Shown piece after piece: positions 44,701 to 52,269 of a stretch of DNA of 64,000 bases. The stretch's first letter is position 1, and every line of letters begins with the position of its first letter. Below the pieces are notes generated by a model. It ran no database searches, was not told the DNA's origin, and saw only the letters and a program-made list of their open reading frames with translations. A program made the translations under genes and the position numbers. Source of the stretch: Myxococcota bacterium (GTDB lineage Bacteria > Myxococcota_A > UBA9160 > JAFDET01); the NCBI GenBank assembly GCA_028278065.1, contig JANQFA010000251.1:11186-75185 (forward strand). The letters run 5' to 3'.

Positions 44701-47317
44701 CGACGGGGAGCCCCTCGAGCTGCTGGTGCTCGATGACGGCCGGGTGGTCCTGGCGGTCGTGGCGGCGGGCCGCAATGTGGCGCGCGCGGCCCGCGACCTG
44801 TGTGTGCGCGCCGAGGCGGCCCGGGCCAGCGATGGCAGCTCCGGGGTGGACGCTCTCGAGGTGCTCGTCCCCGTCTCCGACGAGGCGCTGCTGCCCTGGA
44901 TGGAGGACCAGATCCTGGCACTGCTCGGCGAGCGCTTCCCCGCCGAGCGCCTCACCCTCACCCTGATCCGCGATGCCGCGCCGGACGAGCACCGCACCTG
45001 GCTGCGCACCGACCGCGCGCCGCGAGGCGCCGAAGAGCTCCACGGTCTCCACCCGGAGACCGCGGCGCGCCTCGACCTGGATCGCCTCCAGGGCTTTCAC
45101 CTCACGCCACTGCCGGGCGCCGAGGATGTGCACGTCTTCCAGGGGCGGGCGCGGGAGGTGGAAGAGGACGAGCGCATCTTCGTGCTGGCGGAGGTGCGCG
45201 GGCGGGGCGGCGGCGAGCAGGCGGACGCCGAGCCCTGGATCCCCGCGTTCGTGCGCGCCTTCAACCAGGCGGCGCGCACCCTGCGCGCCACCCTGGCGGC
45301 CCGGGACGAGCGGCGCCGGCTGCAGTGGAACCGCCTCTCGGTGGTGGTGCATCCGCGCGTCGTGCTGGGTCCCGAGGTGGCGCAGCGCCTCGCCGTCGAT
45401 CTCTTCCCCGCCACCCGCCATCTGGGCCTCGATCGCGTGGTCGTGCGCCTGAACCTCCTGGACCCGGAGTCGCCCTCGGAGCCGGCGCGGGCGATGGAGG
45501 TGGTGATCGCCGACCCGACGGGCAGCCGGATCGACATCGCCTGGCGCGACCCGCGGCGCGCCCCCCTGCAGCCCGTGGGGAGCTACGAGCGGAAGCTGGT
45601 CGAGGCCCGGCGGCGCAGCCTCGTCTACCCGTACGAGATCGTGCGCATGCTCACCGGAGGTGGCGTGCCCGCGAACGGCGCGCGGGCCGAAGGCGAGCTG
45701 CCGCCCGGGACCTTCGAGGAGTACGACCTGGATCCCGCTGCGGACCGGCCGACGGCGGTGCGGGTGGTGCGCCCCTACGGCGAGAACGCGAGCGCGATCG
45801 TGTTCGGGATCATCACCACCCCCACCGACCGCGTACCCGAGGGCATGCGTCGCGTCCTCATCCTCTCCGATCCGACCCGTGGGCTGGGCTCCCTGGCGGA
45901 CGCGGAGTGCGACCGGGTGGTGGCGGCCATCGATCTCGCCGAGGCGCAGGGGATCCCGGTCGAGTGGGTGCCCGTCTCGAGCGGCGCGCGGATCTCGATG
46001 GACAGCGGGACCGAGAATCTCGACGCGACCGCGCGAGTCGTGCGCCGTATCGTCACCTTCACCCAGGCGGAAGGCGTCATCCACCTGGTGGTGTACGGGA
46101 TCAACGTGGGCGCCCAGAGCTACTGGAACGCCCTGGCCACGATGCTGATGCACACGCGCGGCGCGCTGGTGATGACGCCGGGCGCCTCGATGGTGCTGAC
46201 CGGGCGGGCGGCCCTGGAAGCCTCGGGGAGCGTCGCGGCGGCCGATGAGGTGGCGATCGGCGGCTTCGAGGGCGTGATGGGGCCGAACGGCGAGGCGCAC
46301 TACTACGCGCCGAGCCTCGCTGCCGCTTTCGGGGTCCTGCACGACCATCATCGCTACACCTACGTGGTACCAGGCGAGGGCGGACCGCGCAGATTCGCCA
46401 CCTCCGACACCGACGACCGGGACGTGCGCGAATCGCCCTGCCAGCCGGAGGACGGCGGGGACTTCGCGAGCGTCGGCGAGATCCTGGACGAGGACACGAA
46501 CCCCGACCGCAAGCGTCCCTTCCCCATGCGGGCCCTGATGCGCGCGGTGATCGACGCGGACGGCGCTCACCTGGAGCGCTGGGCCGCCTGGGAGGGCGCC
46601 GAGACCGCGATCGTGTGGGACGCCTTCCTGGGGGGCGAGCCCGTCTGCCTGGTGGGGATCGAGAGCCGCAACCTCCCGCGCCTCGGCTACCGCCCCGCCG
46701 ACGGTCCCGAGAGCTGGAGCGGCGGGACGCTCTTCCCGAGATCCTCGCGCAAGGTGGCCCGCGCCCTGAACGCGTCCAGCGGGAACCGACCGGCCGTGAT
46801 CCTGGCCAACCTCTCGGGATTCGACGGCTCGCCGGAATCGATGCGCAAGCTCCAGCTCGAGTTCGGCGCCGAGATCGCCCGCGCCGTGGTGAACTTCCGC
46901 GGTCCGCTCGTCTTCCTGGTGGTCTCCCGCTACCACGGCGGCGCCTACGTCGTGTTCTCGCGCGCACTCAATCCGCGGCTGCGCGCCTCCGCACTGGAGG
47001 GATCGTACGCGTCGGTCATCGGGGGCGCGCCGGCGGCCAAGGTGGTCTTCGGCCGCGAGGTGCGCGCGCGGGCGCTGGCCGATCCGCGCCTCACCGGACT
47101 GGCGGGAGAGGCCCGCGAGCGCCGCTTCGCCGAGCTCCTGCTGGAGAAGCAGGCCGAGATCGCCGCCGAGTTCGACGCGGTGCACACGGTGGAGCGCGCG
47201 CGCCAGGTGGGCTCCCTCGAGCGGATCGTCGCCCCGCAGCGCATGCGCCCCTACCTGATCGAGGAGCTGCGCGCCGCGCGCAGCGACGGCGACGATCTCA
47301 CCAAGTTCCGCGAGTGA
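41747..47317 (+). CDS. single-chain multidomain biotin-dependent acyl-CoA carboxylase (BC, BT-like, BCCP, central region, CT), 1856 aa
   Basis: ATGA overlap with KAS III. ATP-grasp motifs GYPVVLKASAGGGGRGIR and EVNPRLQVEH. Biotinylation motif EAMKME (Lys codon 43604-43606). CT half with VYPYEIVRML, GIPVEWVPVSSGARI and FSGGTLFP-type blocks. Confidence 0.9.
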   Translation: MIPARTIRRLAVVNRGEAALRCIRAVKSLRAREGSGLSVVALYTAGERHAPFVRQADAAAELPGAAGAVAAYLDHAVVLDALRRLEADAVWPGWGFVSEDPVFVERLAGEGITFLGPSADVMRSLGDKIAAKRLAESLGCPVSPWSGGALEDEEHARRAAESIGYPVVLKASAGGGGRGIRLIHGPEDLAAGWRGARAEAQIAFGDDRLFVERLVRGGRHIEVQVAADRHGHVLSLGCRDCSVQRRHQKVIEETPPPGMPESLLGDLESAAADIAAKVGYCGVGTVEFLVEGSAFYFLEVNPRLQVEHGITEAVTGADLVEWQIRIARGERLPQRGWSPRGAAMEVRLCAEDPDAGFLPAPGRVGRFDAALGPQVRVDSGVVAGSVVPADFDSMLAKVMAWGDTREEARARLACALSDLEVVIEGGATNKGFLLDLLEDAEFRGGGVDTGWLDQRGPAGAGEYGVEALAVAAILAYQRARRAARTNFFADPAGASGAVAPPSEGQEIDLSHRGDAYRLRVYAIGSWTYRIHLDARVTTARLVEDGAGGARLELGGRTFRVLHDAGEAGLRVEVEGRVHRFDWQAAGRVRAGSPAVVVALHVEPGQRVSAGQAVAVLEAMKMEIAVEAPVDGVVQEVAARRGQQVAAGDVLLVIEPDEEGGAAAPSQRLALPDEVDPLRVFFRPDGSVDLVGVEGEPPGRRHASVRAVGDEIRRVLLGYDADPERVDELLAFLDAPLPDSLSAGFRAQLALVRREVVLLADVDEPFLRAPRASVAGAPGPSNAARTRMFVRRMRASGAGVAPEHLDLLQRALSHYGVEGLEPSDELERAVMRLFASQRSPAVRQRMSMAILRRLATLAASGIALGRDEALRDGLGRLAGMRGHVPDALADLASELRWALFEGPETEARAEEGTRRLERWLEAADTGASEIPEDVLLEIADVPRRVFDRVGRWLGDPDPRRRALALGAHLRRLYSPRTPSGHALRGSDGEPLELLVLDDGRVVLAVVAAGRNVARAARDLCVRAEAARASDGSSGVDALEVLVPVSDEALLPWMEDQILALLGERFPAERLTLTLIRDAAPDEHRTWLRTDRAPRGAEELHGLHPETAARLDLDRLQGFHLTPLPGAEDVHVFQGRAREVEEDERIFVLAEVRGRGGGEQADAEPWIPAFVRAFNQAARTLRATLAARDERRRLQWNRLSVVVHPRVVLGPEVAQRLAVDLFPATRHLGLDRVVVRLNLLDPESPSEPARAMEVVIADPTGSRIDIAWRDPRRAPLQPVGSYERKLVEARRRSLVYPYEIVRMLTGGGVPANGARAEGELPPGTFEEYDLDPAADRPTAVRVVRPYGENASAIVFGIITTPTDRVPEGMRRVLILSDPTRGLGSLADAECDRVVAAIDLAEAQGIPVEWVPVSSGARISMDSGTENLDATARVVRRIVTFTQAEGVIHLVVYGINVGAQSYWNALATMLMHTRGALVMTPGASMVLTGRAALEASGSVAAADEVAIGGFEGVMGPNGEAHYYAPSLAAAFGVLHDHHRYTYVVPGEGGPRRFATSDTDDRDVRESPCQPEDGGDFASVGEILDEDTNPDRKRPFPMRALMRAVIDADGAHLERWAAWEGAETAIVWDAFLGGEPVCLVGIESRNLPRLGYRPADGPESWSGGTLFPRSSRKVARALNASSGNRPAVILANLSGFDGSPESMRKLQLEFGAEIARAVVNFRGPLVFLVVSRYHGGAYVVFSRALNPRLRASALEGSYASVIGGAPAAKVVFGREVRARALADPRLTGLAGEARERRFAELLLEKQAEIAAEFDAVHTVERARQVGSLERIVAPQRMRPYLIEELRAARSDGDDLTKFRE

Positions 47318-47323
47318 GTCGGG

Positions 47324-47425
47324 TCAGTCTCGCGGCCAGTCCGGCGGGCGCTTCTCGAGAAAAGCCCTCATCCCCTCCACCATCTCGGGCGAGAGGATGG
47401 CCCGGCGGAACACGACCTCCCCCAT
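47324..47425 (-). pseudogene. 33-codon remnant matching only the C-terminus of an enoyl-CoA hydratase
   Basis: MGEVVFRRAILSPEMVEGMRAFLEKRPPDWPRD matches the crotonase tail (compare EGVKAFLEKRPPRF at the end of 28815..29600). There is no upstream crotonase body; the upstream frame is occupied by the CoA-transferase. Confidence 0.4.
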
Positions 47426-47427
47426 CT

Positions 47428-49809
47428 TCAGGCGCCGTCCGGGCGTGTCCCGATCACGCCGGCCTGTGCGAGCGCCGCGATGGTGTCGTCGTCCATCCCC
47501 GCGACCTCGCGCAGCACCTCGTGGTTGTGCTGGCCCAGGGTGGGCGCAGGAGCCCTCATCCAGCGCTCGACGCTCGCGTAGCGGAACGGGACGGTCGGAA
47601 CGGGAAGGCTGCCCAGGACCGGGTGGTCGGAGGTCTCGTAGAACCCTCGTGCGCTCATCTGGGGATCCTCGGAGCAGGCGCGCGGATCCGCCACCGGCGC
47701 GGCCGGGACGCCGGCATCGAGAAGCACCTTCAGCGCCTCTTCGCGCTCGCGGGTGGAGAGCCAGGACGAGAGCTTCGCGTCGAGCGCGTCGTGGGCCGCC
47801 CGGCGCCCGGCGCGGCCGTCCAGCGCGGACTCGGTGGCCCAGGCGGGTCGTCCCAGGACCTCCACCAGCGCGCGCCACTGGCGTTCATCCTCGACGGAGA
47901 GAGCCAGCCAGCGCGGACTCGTGGTCGGATCGTGGCCGCGGCACGCGTACAGACCCTGGGGTGCGGCGCCGGGAGAGCGGTTGCCCTCGCGCTCGAGCAG
48001 GTTGCCATAGGCGCTGAACTCGACGAGCTGCTCGGCAGCGGCATTGAGTGCGCCCTCCACCATGGTGCACTCGACGTGGACACCCCGGCCGCGCGTCGCG
48101 CGCTCCTGCAGCGCGACGAGGAAGGCGAAGGCGGCGTGCATGCCCGAGAGCGGGTCGCAGGGGCCGCGCTGGATGCGGGGCTGGTCGTCCCGGTGTCCGG
48201 TCAGCCAGGCCAGCCCGGTGAGCTGCTCCATGGTCTGGGCGAAGCCGGTGTTGTCGCGCCACGGCCCCGAGAGCCCGAACGCCGGCATGCGCACGAAGAT
48301 CGCGCCGGGATTGAGCTCGTGGATGCGCTCCCAGGTGAGCCCGAAGCCGTCGAGCACCCGCGGCGTGAAGTTGTCGAAGACGGCGTCGGACCTGCGGATG
48401 AGGCGCTCCATGGCCTCGATTCCGCGCGGATCGGTGAGGTCGATCGCCAGGCCGCGCTTGTTCGCGTTGGCGGCCAGGAAGAAGTGGCTCGCCTCCCACC
48501 ACTCGGAGTGGAGACTGGCGAACATGCCGCCCACCATGCGCATCCCGTCGGGCCGGCGGGTGCTCTCCACGTGGACCACGTCGGCTCCGAGGGCCGCGAG
48601 CATGTGGGTGGCGGAGGGTCCCGCCCACCAGGCGGTGAGGTCGAGGATGCGCACACCGGCCAGCGGGAGCTCGGCAGCGCCGTGGGGCACCGCTCGCGAC
48701 GGCGTGCGGGACTCGATGCGTCCGTCGTGCTCGCCGAGTCGCGGCGCGGGGCGGAAGGCCGGAGCCTCGCGGTCGTCGATCCGGTACGGGGGGCGCGGGT
48801 GGACGAAGCTCCCGGTCGGGTCCTCGCGGAAGACCCCGCGTGCCACCAGCTGTTCGTGCTGCTGCACCGTCTCGCCGTTGCAGATGGGTGCCACCGGAAT
48901 GCGCAGGAGCGAGGCCAGCTCGATCACTTCGGCGGTGGTCTTCGTCTCGGTCCAGGTGCGCACGATCGCGGTCCACTCGTCGTAGCGCGCCGTGCGACCC
49001 GCGATGAAGGCGAGGTCCGCGTCGTCCGCCAGGTCGGTACGCTCGATCATCACCAGGAAGTCGGAGAACTGCTGGGGCGTGTTGGTGCAGAAGCCCACGT
49101 AGCCGTCCCGGGTGGTCTCGATGGAGGGCGTCTCGACCGTCGCCGGCAAGGGCCCCTCCGCGGGCGGCCCGACGCCGAGGACGCGCGACACCAGGTCCAT
49201 GTAGTTGGTGCCGGCGATGGTCATCACCTCGTGCAGCGAGAAGTCCACCTGCTCGCCGTGGCCGCTGCGGCGGGCGCGGTGGAGGGCGGCCAGGGCGGCG
49301 ACGGACGCGAAGGTGCCGCCCACCCACTCGGTCGTGCGCCCGCCTGCCTGGAAGGGCTCCTGCCCGGCGAGCCCACGGGTGCCGATCGAGCCGCAGCCGG
49401 CCTGGATGGTGAACTCGGTCGCCGGGCGGCCGTCCCAGGGTCCACCGCGGCCGAACGGCGTGATCGAGAGCACGACCAGTCCCGGGAAGCGGTCGCACCA
49501 GGCGGCGGGATCGATCTCGCCGCAGCGGAAGCCCTCGACCACCAGATCCGCCGAGGCCACCAGCTCGAGGATCGCATCATCGTCTGGGAGGCCCGTGACC
49601 GAGCGCTTGTTCTGGTGCAGGAAGCGGAACAGGGCTCCGTCCTGCGCGCCGGGATCGGCCCCGCTCGCGGACCAGCGCCGCAGGGGATCGCCCTGAGCGG
49701 GCTCGACCTTGACCACATCCGCTCCTGCGTCGGCGAGGAGCTTGGTGCAGTAGGACCCTGCGATGCCGCTGGAGAAGTCGACGACGCGAAAGTCCGCGAG
49801 TCCCTGCAT
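47428..49809 (-). CDS. tandem-fused family III CoA-transferase (two CaiB/BaiF domains in one 793-aa chain)
   Basis: Two N-terminal signatures: FRVVDFSSGIAGSYCTKLLADAGADVVKVE and GVRILDLTAWWAGPSATHMLAALGADVVHVE. The catalytic Asp context is present in the second half (GPCDPLSGM); the first half reads TTEWVGG. Confidence 0.85.
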   Translation of the reverse strand: MQGLADFRVVDFSSGIAGSYCTKLLADAGADVVKVEPAQGDPLRRWSASGADPGAQDGALFRFLHQNKRSVTGLPDDDAILELVASADLVVEGFRCGEIDPAAWCDRFPGLVVLSITPFGRGGPWDGRPATEFTIQAGCGSIGTRGLAGQEPFQAGGRTTEWVGGTFASVAALAALHRARRSGHGEQVDFSLHEVMTIAGTNYMDLVSRVLGVGPPAEGPLPATVETPSIETTRDGYVGFCTNTPQQFSDFLVMIERTDLADDADLAFIAGRTARYDEWTAIVRTWTETKTTAEVIELASLLRIPVAPICNGETVQQHEQLVARGVFREDPTGSFVHPRPPYRIDDREAPAFRPAPRLGEHDGRIESRTPSRAVPHGAAELPLAGVRILDLTAWWAGPSATHMLAALGADVVHVESTRRPDGMRMVGGMFASLHSEWWEASHFFLAANANKRGLAIDLTDPRGIEAMERLIRRSDAVFDNFTPRVLDGFGLTWERIHELNPGAIFVRMPAFGLSGPWRDNTGFAQTMEQLTGLAWLTGHRDDQPRIQRGPCDPLSGMHAAFAFLVALQERATRGRGVHVECTMVEGALNAAAEQLVEFSAYGNLLEREGNRSPGAAPQGLYACRGHDPTTSPRWLALSVEDERQWRALVEVLGRPAWATESALDGRAGRRAAHDALDAKLSSWLSTREREEALKVLLDAGVPAAPVADPRACSEDPQMSARGFYETSDHPVLGSLPVPTVPFRYASVERWMRAPAPTLGQHNHEVLREVAGMDDDTIAALAQAGVIGTRPDGA

Positions 49810-49815
49810 CCAGGC

Positions 49816-50979
49816 CTACTCGATCCCGTACAGGGCGGCCGCGTTGTCGTGCAGGACCCGGCCCAGGATGGCGTCGTCCACCTCGGCGAGCGCCTCCTCG
49901 GCGTAGATTCCCGGACGTTGCGCCGGCGTGTAGTCACTCTCGGCCATGCAGGTCGGATGGGGGTAGTCGGTCTCGTACATGAAGTTGTCGGGGTACTGGG
50001 TGAGGGCGCCCGCGATTCCGTCCCGCTCGAACCAGAAGGAGCCGTAGATCTGGCGGCGGAAGTAGTCGCTCGGCAGGAGGTCGTACTCCGGGTGCTCCTC
50101 CCGGATGCCGCTGTTCTGCCACTGCCAGTCCATGGCCTCGAGAAACGGCGGCACCCAGCCCGCCCCGCTCTCGACGGACACGAAGCGCAGCTCGGGAAAG
50201 CGGTGACAGATGCCGCCGAACGTGAGGTCGGCCAGGCAGCGCGAGTTGTCGATGAACATCAGCGACGAGACGCGTCCGAAGTTCGTCTTCATGCCGATCC
50301 CGCCCGGATCCTCGGTCAGCTCGCTCAGATCGCCGCCCCCCACGTGGAAGGAGATCGACAGGCCTGCGTCCTGGGCAGCGGCCCAGATCGGATCCCAGTG
50401 AGGTCTCGGAAGGTGGGGCAGCCCGAACGACTGGGGCTGTCCGCACATGAGGACGGCTCGATGGCCGAGGGCGGCGCAGCGCTCGATCTCCTGCACCGCG
50501 GCTCCGATGTCCCAGAAGGGCGTGGCCATCACCGGGACGAGCCGCTTCGGATCCGCGCTGCACCAGTCCACCAGGAAGTCGTTGTAGGCCCGCACGCAGG
50601 CCAGCTTGATCTCCGGGTCCTTCATCTCGAGGAAGCGGCCCGAGCCGAAGCCGCCCACGTTGGGGTAGAGGACCTGCGCGTGGATGGCCTCGCGATCCAT
50701 GTAGGCGAGCCGCGCGCCGGCGTCGTAGGCCGCCGCGGGAACGTCGTCGTAGGTATCGGGGAACTCGGGGATGGTTCCGTGGAAGCCGGCCATGGAGAAG
50801 ATCCCCGGGAAGCCGACTGTCTGGTCGCCGATCACCCACACGTCCTTGGGCCCCATGCGCTTCACCTGGGGCACCTGGTCGCGCCACTTCGCGGGCACCC
50901 GCGACGTCCAGACGTCCGCCGGCTCCGTGACGTGGCTGTCCATGTCGATCACACGGTGTCGCTCGAAGATCCTGCTCAC
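49816..50979 (-). CDS. amidohydrolase_2 (ACMSD-like metal-dependent hydrolase/decarboxylase) family protein
   Basis: GTG 50979 follows AAGGAG. Motifs VIDMDSHV, FHVGGG and TDYPHP. Ends in LYGIE like its paralogue at 61633. Confidence 0.85.
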   Translation of the reverse strand: MSRIFERHRVIDMDSHVTEPADVWTSRVPAKWRDQVPQVKRMGPKDVWVIGDQTVGFPGIFSMAGFHGTIPEFPDTYDDVPAAAYDAGARLAYMDREAIHAQVLYPNVGGFGSGRFLEMKDPEIKLACVRAYNDFLVDWCSADPKRLVPVMATPFWDIGAAVQEIERCAALGHRAVLMCGQPQSFGLPHLPRPHWDPIWAAAQDAGLSISFHVGGGDLSELTEDPGGIGMKTNFGRVSSLMFIDNSRCLADLTFGGICHRFPELRFVSVESGAGWVPPFLEAMDWQWQNSGIREEHPEYDLLPSDYFRRQIYGSFWFERDGIAGALTQYPDNFMYETDYPHPTCMAESDYTPAQRPGIYAEEALAEVDDAILGRVLHDNAAALYGIE

Positions 50980-51186
50980 GGCGGCTCCTTGTCCCCCAGG
51001 GGCGCCCGCTCGGCCCAGCTCCTGATCGTAAGCGCGGCCCGGTGCCGGATCCAGGCCCTCAGGACCCGGCGGCGGGGGCGCAGAATCGCGCTCAAGGCGG
51101 CGCCGGGAGCGGACGATGGGAAGCACGAAACCCGGGCGCACACACCCCCTTCTGGCGAATCCCGGACTCTGAGGGAAGAAAGATCG

Positions 51187-51504
51187 ATGGCAGACGCTGC
51201 GGCTTTCGACTGGGTGTGCGCCGAGCTCGAGCAGAGCACGTCACTCGATCGCCTCGAGGCGCGCGGCACGGTCCGGATCGCCCTGAAGGAAGCCGGTCTC
51301 GACTCGCGCACCCTGACCCCGGCGCAGATGAAGGTGGTGCTCGAGAAGGTCCTTCCCAAGGAGCTCGAGTCGCGCGGCGTCCAGGATGCTTCGGACGTGT
51401 GCAGCAGCCTGGCCACGGGCATCGCCTCCCTGGCCGACGGCGGCTCGGGTGTGGAGACGCCCGAGGAGGTGTTCAGGCGTCTCGCCGGCGCGTCCGCGTC
51501 CTGA
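51187..51504 (+). CDS. small soluble hypothetical protein (105 aa)
   Basis: GC3-biased with a GAGGGA upstream. Helical, acidic, with no recognisable motif. Confidence 0.55.
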   Translation: MADAAAFDWVCAELEQSTSLDRLEARGTVRIALKEAGLDSRTLTPAQMKVVLEKVLPKELESRGVQDASDVCSSLATGIASLADGGSGVETPEEVFRRLAGASAS

Positions 51505-51507
51505 CCC

Positions 51508-52266
51508 GTGGCGGAGACCGCGGCTCCCCACCCGCTCGTGTGGGTGGGCTTCCTCGCGTTCTTCTTCGTCGCCCTCGCGGTCGGCGTGCGCCTGCTGCTC
51601 CTCGCGCGACGCACGCGGCAGCTCCCGGAGCTGTGCATGGGGATCGGAGTCCTGGGGATCGGACCCGTTGGCTTCGGGCTCATGGTCCTGGCGCAGGAGC
51701 TGCGGGCGGGCTCGCCCGCCCTGTACGCGCCGATCGTGGCGGCGGGGATGGCGGCGGTCGCGGCCGGTGTCATCGCGAAGCTGATCTTCAACTGGCGTGT
51801 CTACCATCCGACCCGCTCGCGCGTCGCGGCACTCGTCGCCCTGGCCGCCGCCGTCCATGTCGCCGCGTTCGGCTACACGGCCGTCGTGGGATTCGAGACC
51901 TTCAACCGGCTCGATTCCAGCTACCTGCTGCGGACGGCCCTGCAGATCGGGGCACTCCTCTGGGGATCGGTCGAGTCACTGCGCTACGGGCGGCTCATGG
52001 GTCGCCGCGTGCGCCTCGGGCTGGCCGACCCTGCCGTCGCGAACCGCTTCACGCTCTGGGGGATCGGGGCCTTCGCGGCGGGGTTCGGAACGCTGGTCGG
52101 AACCGGGGCGCAGCTCTGGTACGGCCAGCCCGAGGCCCAGGTCCCCTGGGTGCTGGCCAGCTCGTCGGCCCACGGGCTGGTCGCCGCGATCGCGATCGCG
52201 CTGGCGTTCATGCCGCCGCCGGCGTACGTGCGTTTCGTCCAGCGGCGCGCGGCCCGGGCCACCTAG
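51508..52266 (+). CDS. 7-TM hypothetical membrane protein
   Basis: GTG start 3 nt after the upstream TGA. Seven hydrophobic segments. No family motif recognised. Confidence 0.65.
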   Translation: MAETAAPHPLVWVGFLAFFFVALAVGVRLLLLARRTRQLPELCMGIGVLGIGPVGFGLMVLAQELRAGSPALYAPIVAAGMAAVAAGVIAKLIFNWRVYHPTRSRVAALVALAAAVHVAAFGYTAVVGFETFNRLDSSYLLRTALQIGALLWGSVESLRYGRLMGRRVRLGLADPAVANRFTLWGIGAFAAGFGTLVGTGAQLWYGQPEAQVPWVLASSSAHGLVAAIAIALAFMPPPAYVRFVQRRAARAT

Positions 52267-52269
52267 CAG

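Noticed and set aside
41591-47185. A 1864-aa ORF antisense to the carboxylase gene. Similar giant ORFs occur at 46615..51504 (+), 56899..60756 (-), 52270..55320 (-, upstream part), 53643..57188 (-, upstream part) and 16713..19775 (-, upstream part).
   Set aside because: These are typical high-GC artefacts, because stop codons are AT-rich and off-frames stay open. The translations are Arg/Gly/Ala/Pro-rich with no motifs. The opposite strand or frame carries clear family signatures and the expected GC3 bias. Only the motif-bearing portions were annotated.
51502-51510. The in-frame TGA between the 105-aa ORF and the 7-TM ORF, considered as read-through, selenocysteine or a split gene.
   Set aside because: A shared frame has a one-in-three chance expectation. 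I found no convincing hairpin in the 40 nt after the TGA (only 4-bp stems). The position is a linker, not a redox motif. A GTG start 3 nt downstream explains the arrangement as ordinary coupling.
51508-52266. The 7-TM protein considered as a microbial rhodopsin or heliorhodopsin.
   Set aside because: The last TM segment (HGLVAAIAIALAFM) has no Lys for a retinal Schiff base. No rhodopsin-like motifs occur in TM3.
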